A program made the position numbers and the translations under genes. DNA of 64,000 nucleotides from Camelus dromedarius (Eukaryota). This document shows positions 63,793 to 64,000 of the stretch, one piece after another. The notes under the pieces are model-generated. The model did no database searches. It had not been told where the DNA came from and saw only the letters and a program-made list of their open reading frames with translations. The stretch lies in NCBI RefSeq assembly GCF_036321535.1, contig NC_087436.1, positions 36,582,001-36,646,000 of the forward strand, read 5' to 3'. The first letter of the stretch is position 1. Every line of letters begins with the position of its first letter.

Positions 63793-64000
63793 CTGCAAAA
63801 TATATTAAAGAAGAAATGAGACAAAAGGTACAACTTTTAAAATTTGGAAATCTCACATGACTCATAGGATCAAACATTTAGAAAGGGACAACCCTAGAGA
63901 GCTTCATTAAAAAGCAGCTTATAAGGATGCCTACTTTTAAAAAATTACTTTGCTCAAGTGAAATGCATTCACCGTGTACATTTTTTAAAAAACTAAACTT

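Overview
Mammalian genomic DNA, probably a camelid, inferred from two tRNA-derived SINEs resembling the camelid Vic-1 family and from cetartiodactyl-type L1 ends. The minus strand carries the last 28 coding exons of BLTP1/KIAA1109 (63792 down to stop at 20730, about 1654 aa, polyA signal at 20246). About 18 kb further along the minus strand lie the CpG-island promoter and first two coding exons of the testis gene ADAD1 (ATG at 1265), the conserved KIAA1109-ADAD1 gene order. The intergenic region is a stack of nested repeats. The standout is a full-length (about 2354 bp) decayed piggyBac DNA transposon at 11184-13537, inserted into an old L1. It has TTAA duplications at both ends, CAC-initial terminal repeats, asymmetric subterminal repeats, two copies of a 20-bp palindrome, and a frameshifted DDD transposase with a C-terminal Cys-rich domain. 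Other observations are a GC-AG donor in ADAD1, splice signals for a divergent transcript from the ADAD1 promoter, and several candidate cryptic exons or microexons in BLTP1 introns. Gene and repeat names come from recall of family sequences, not database searches.
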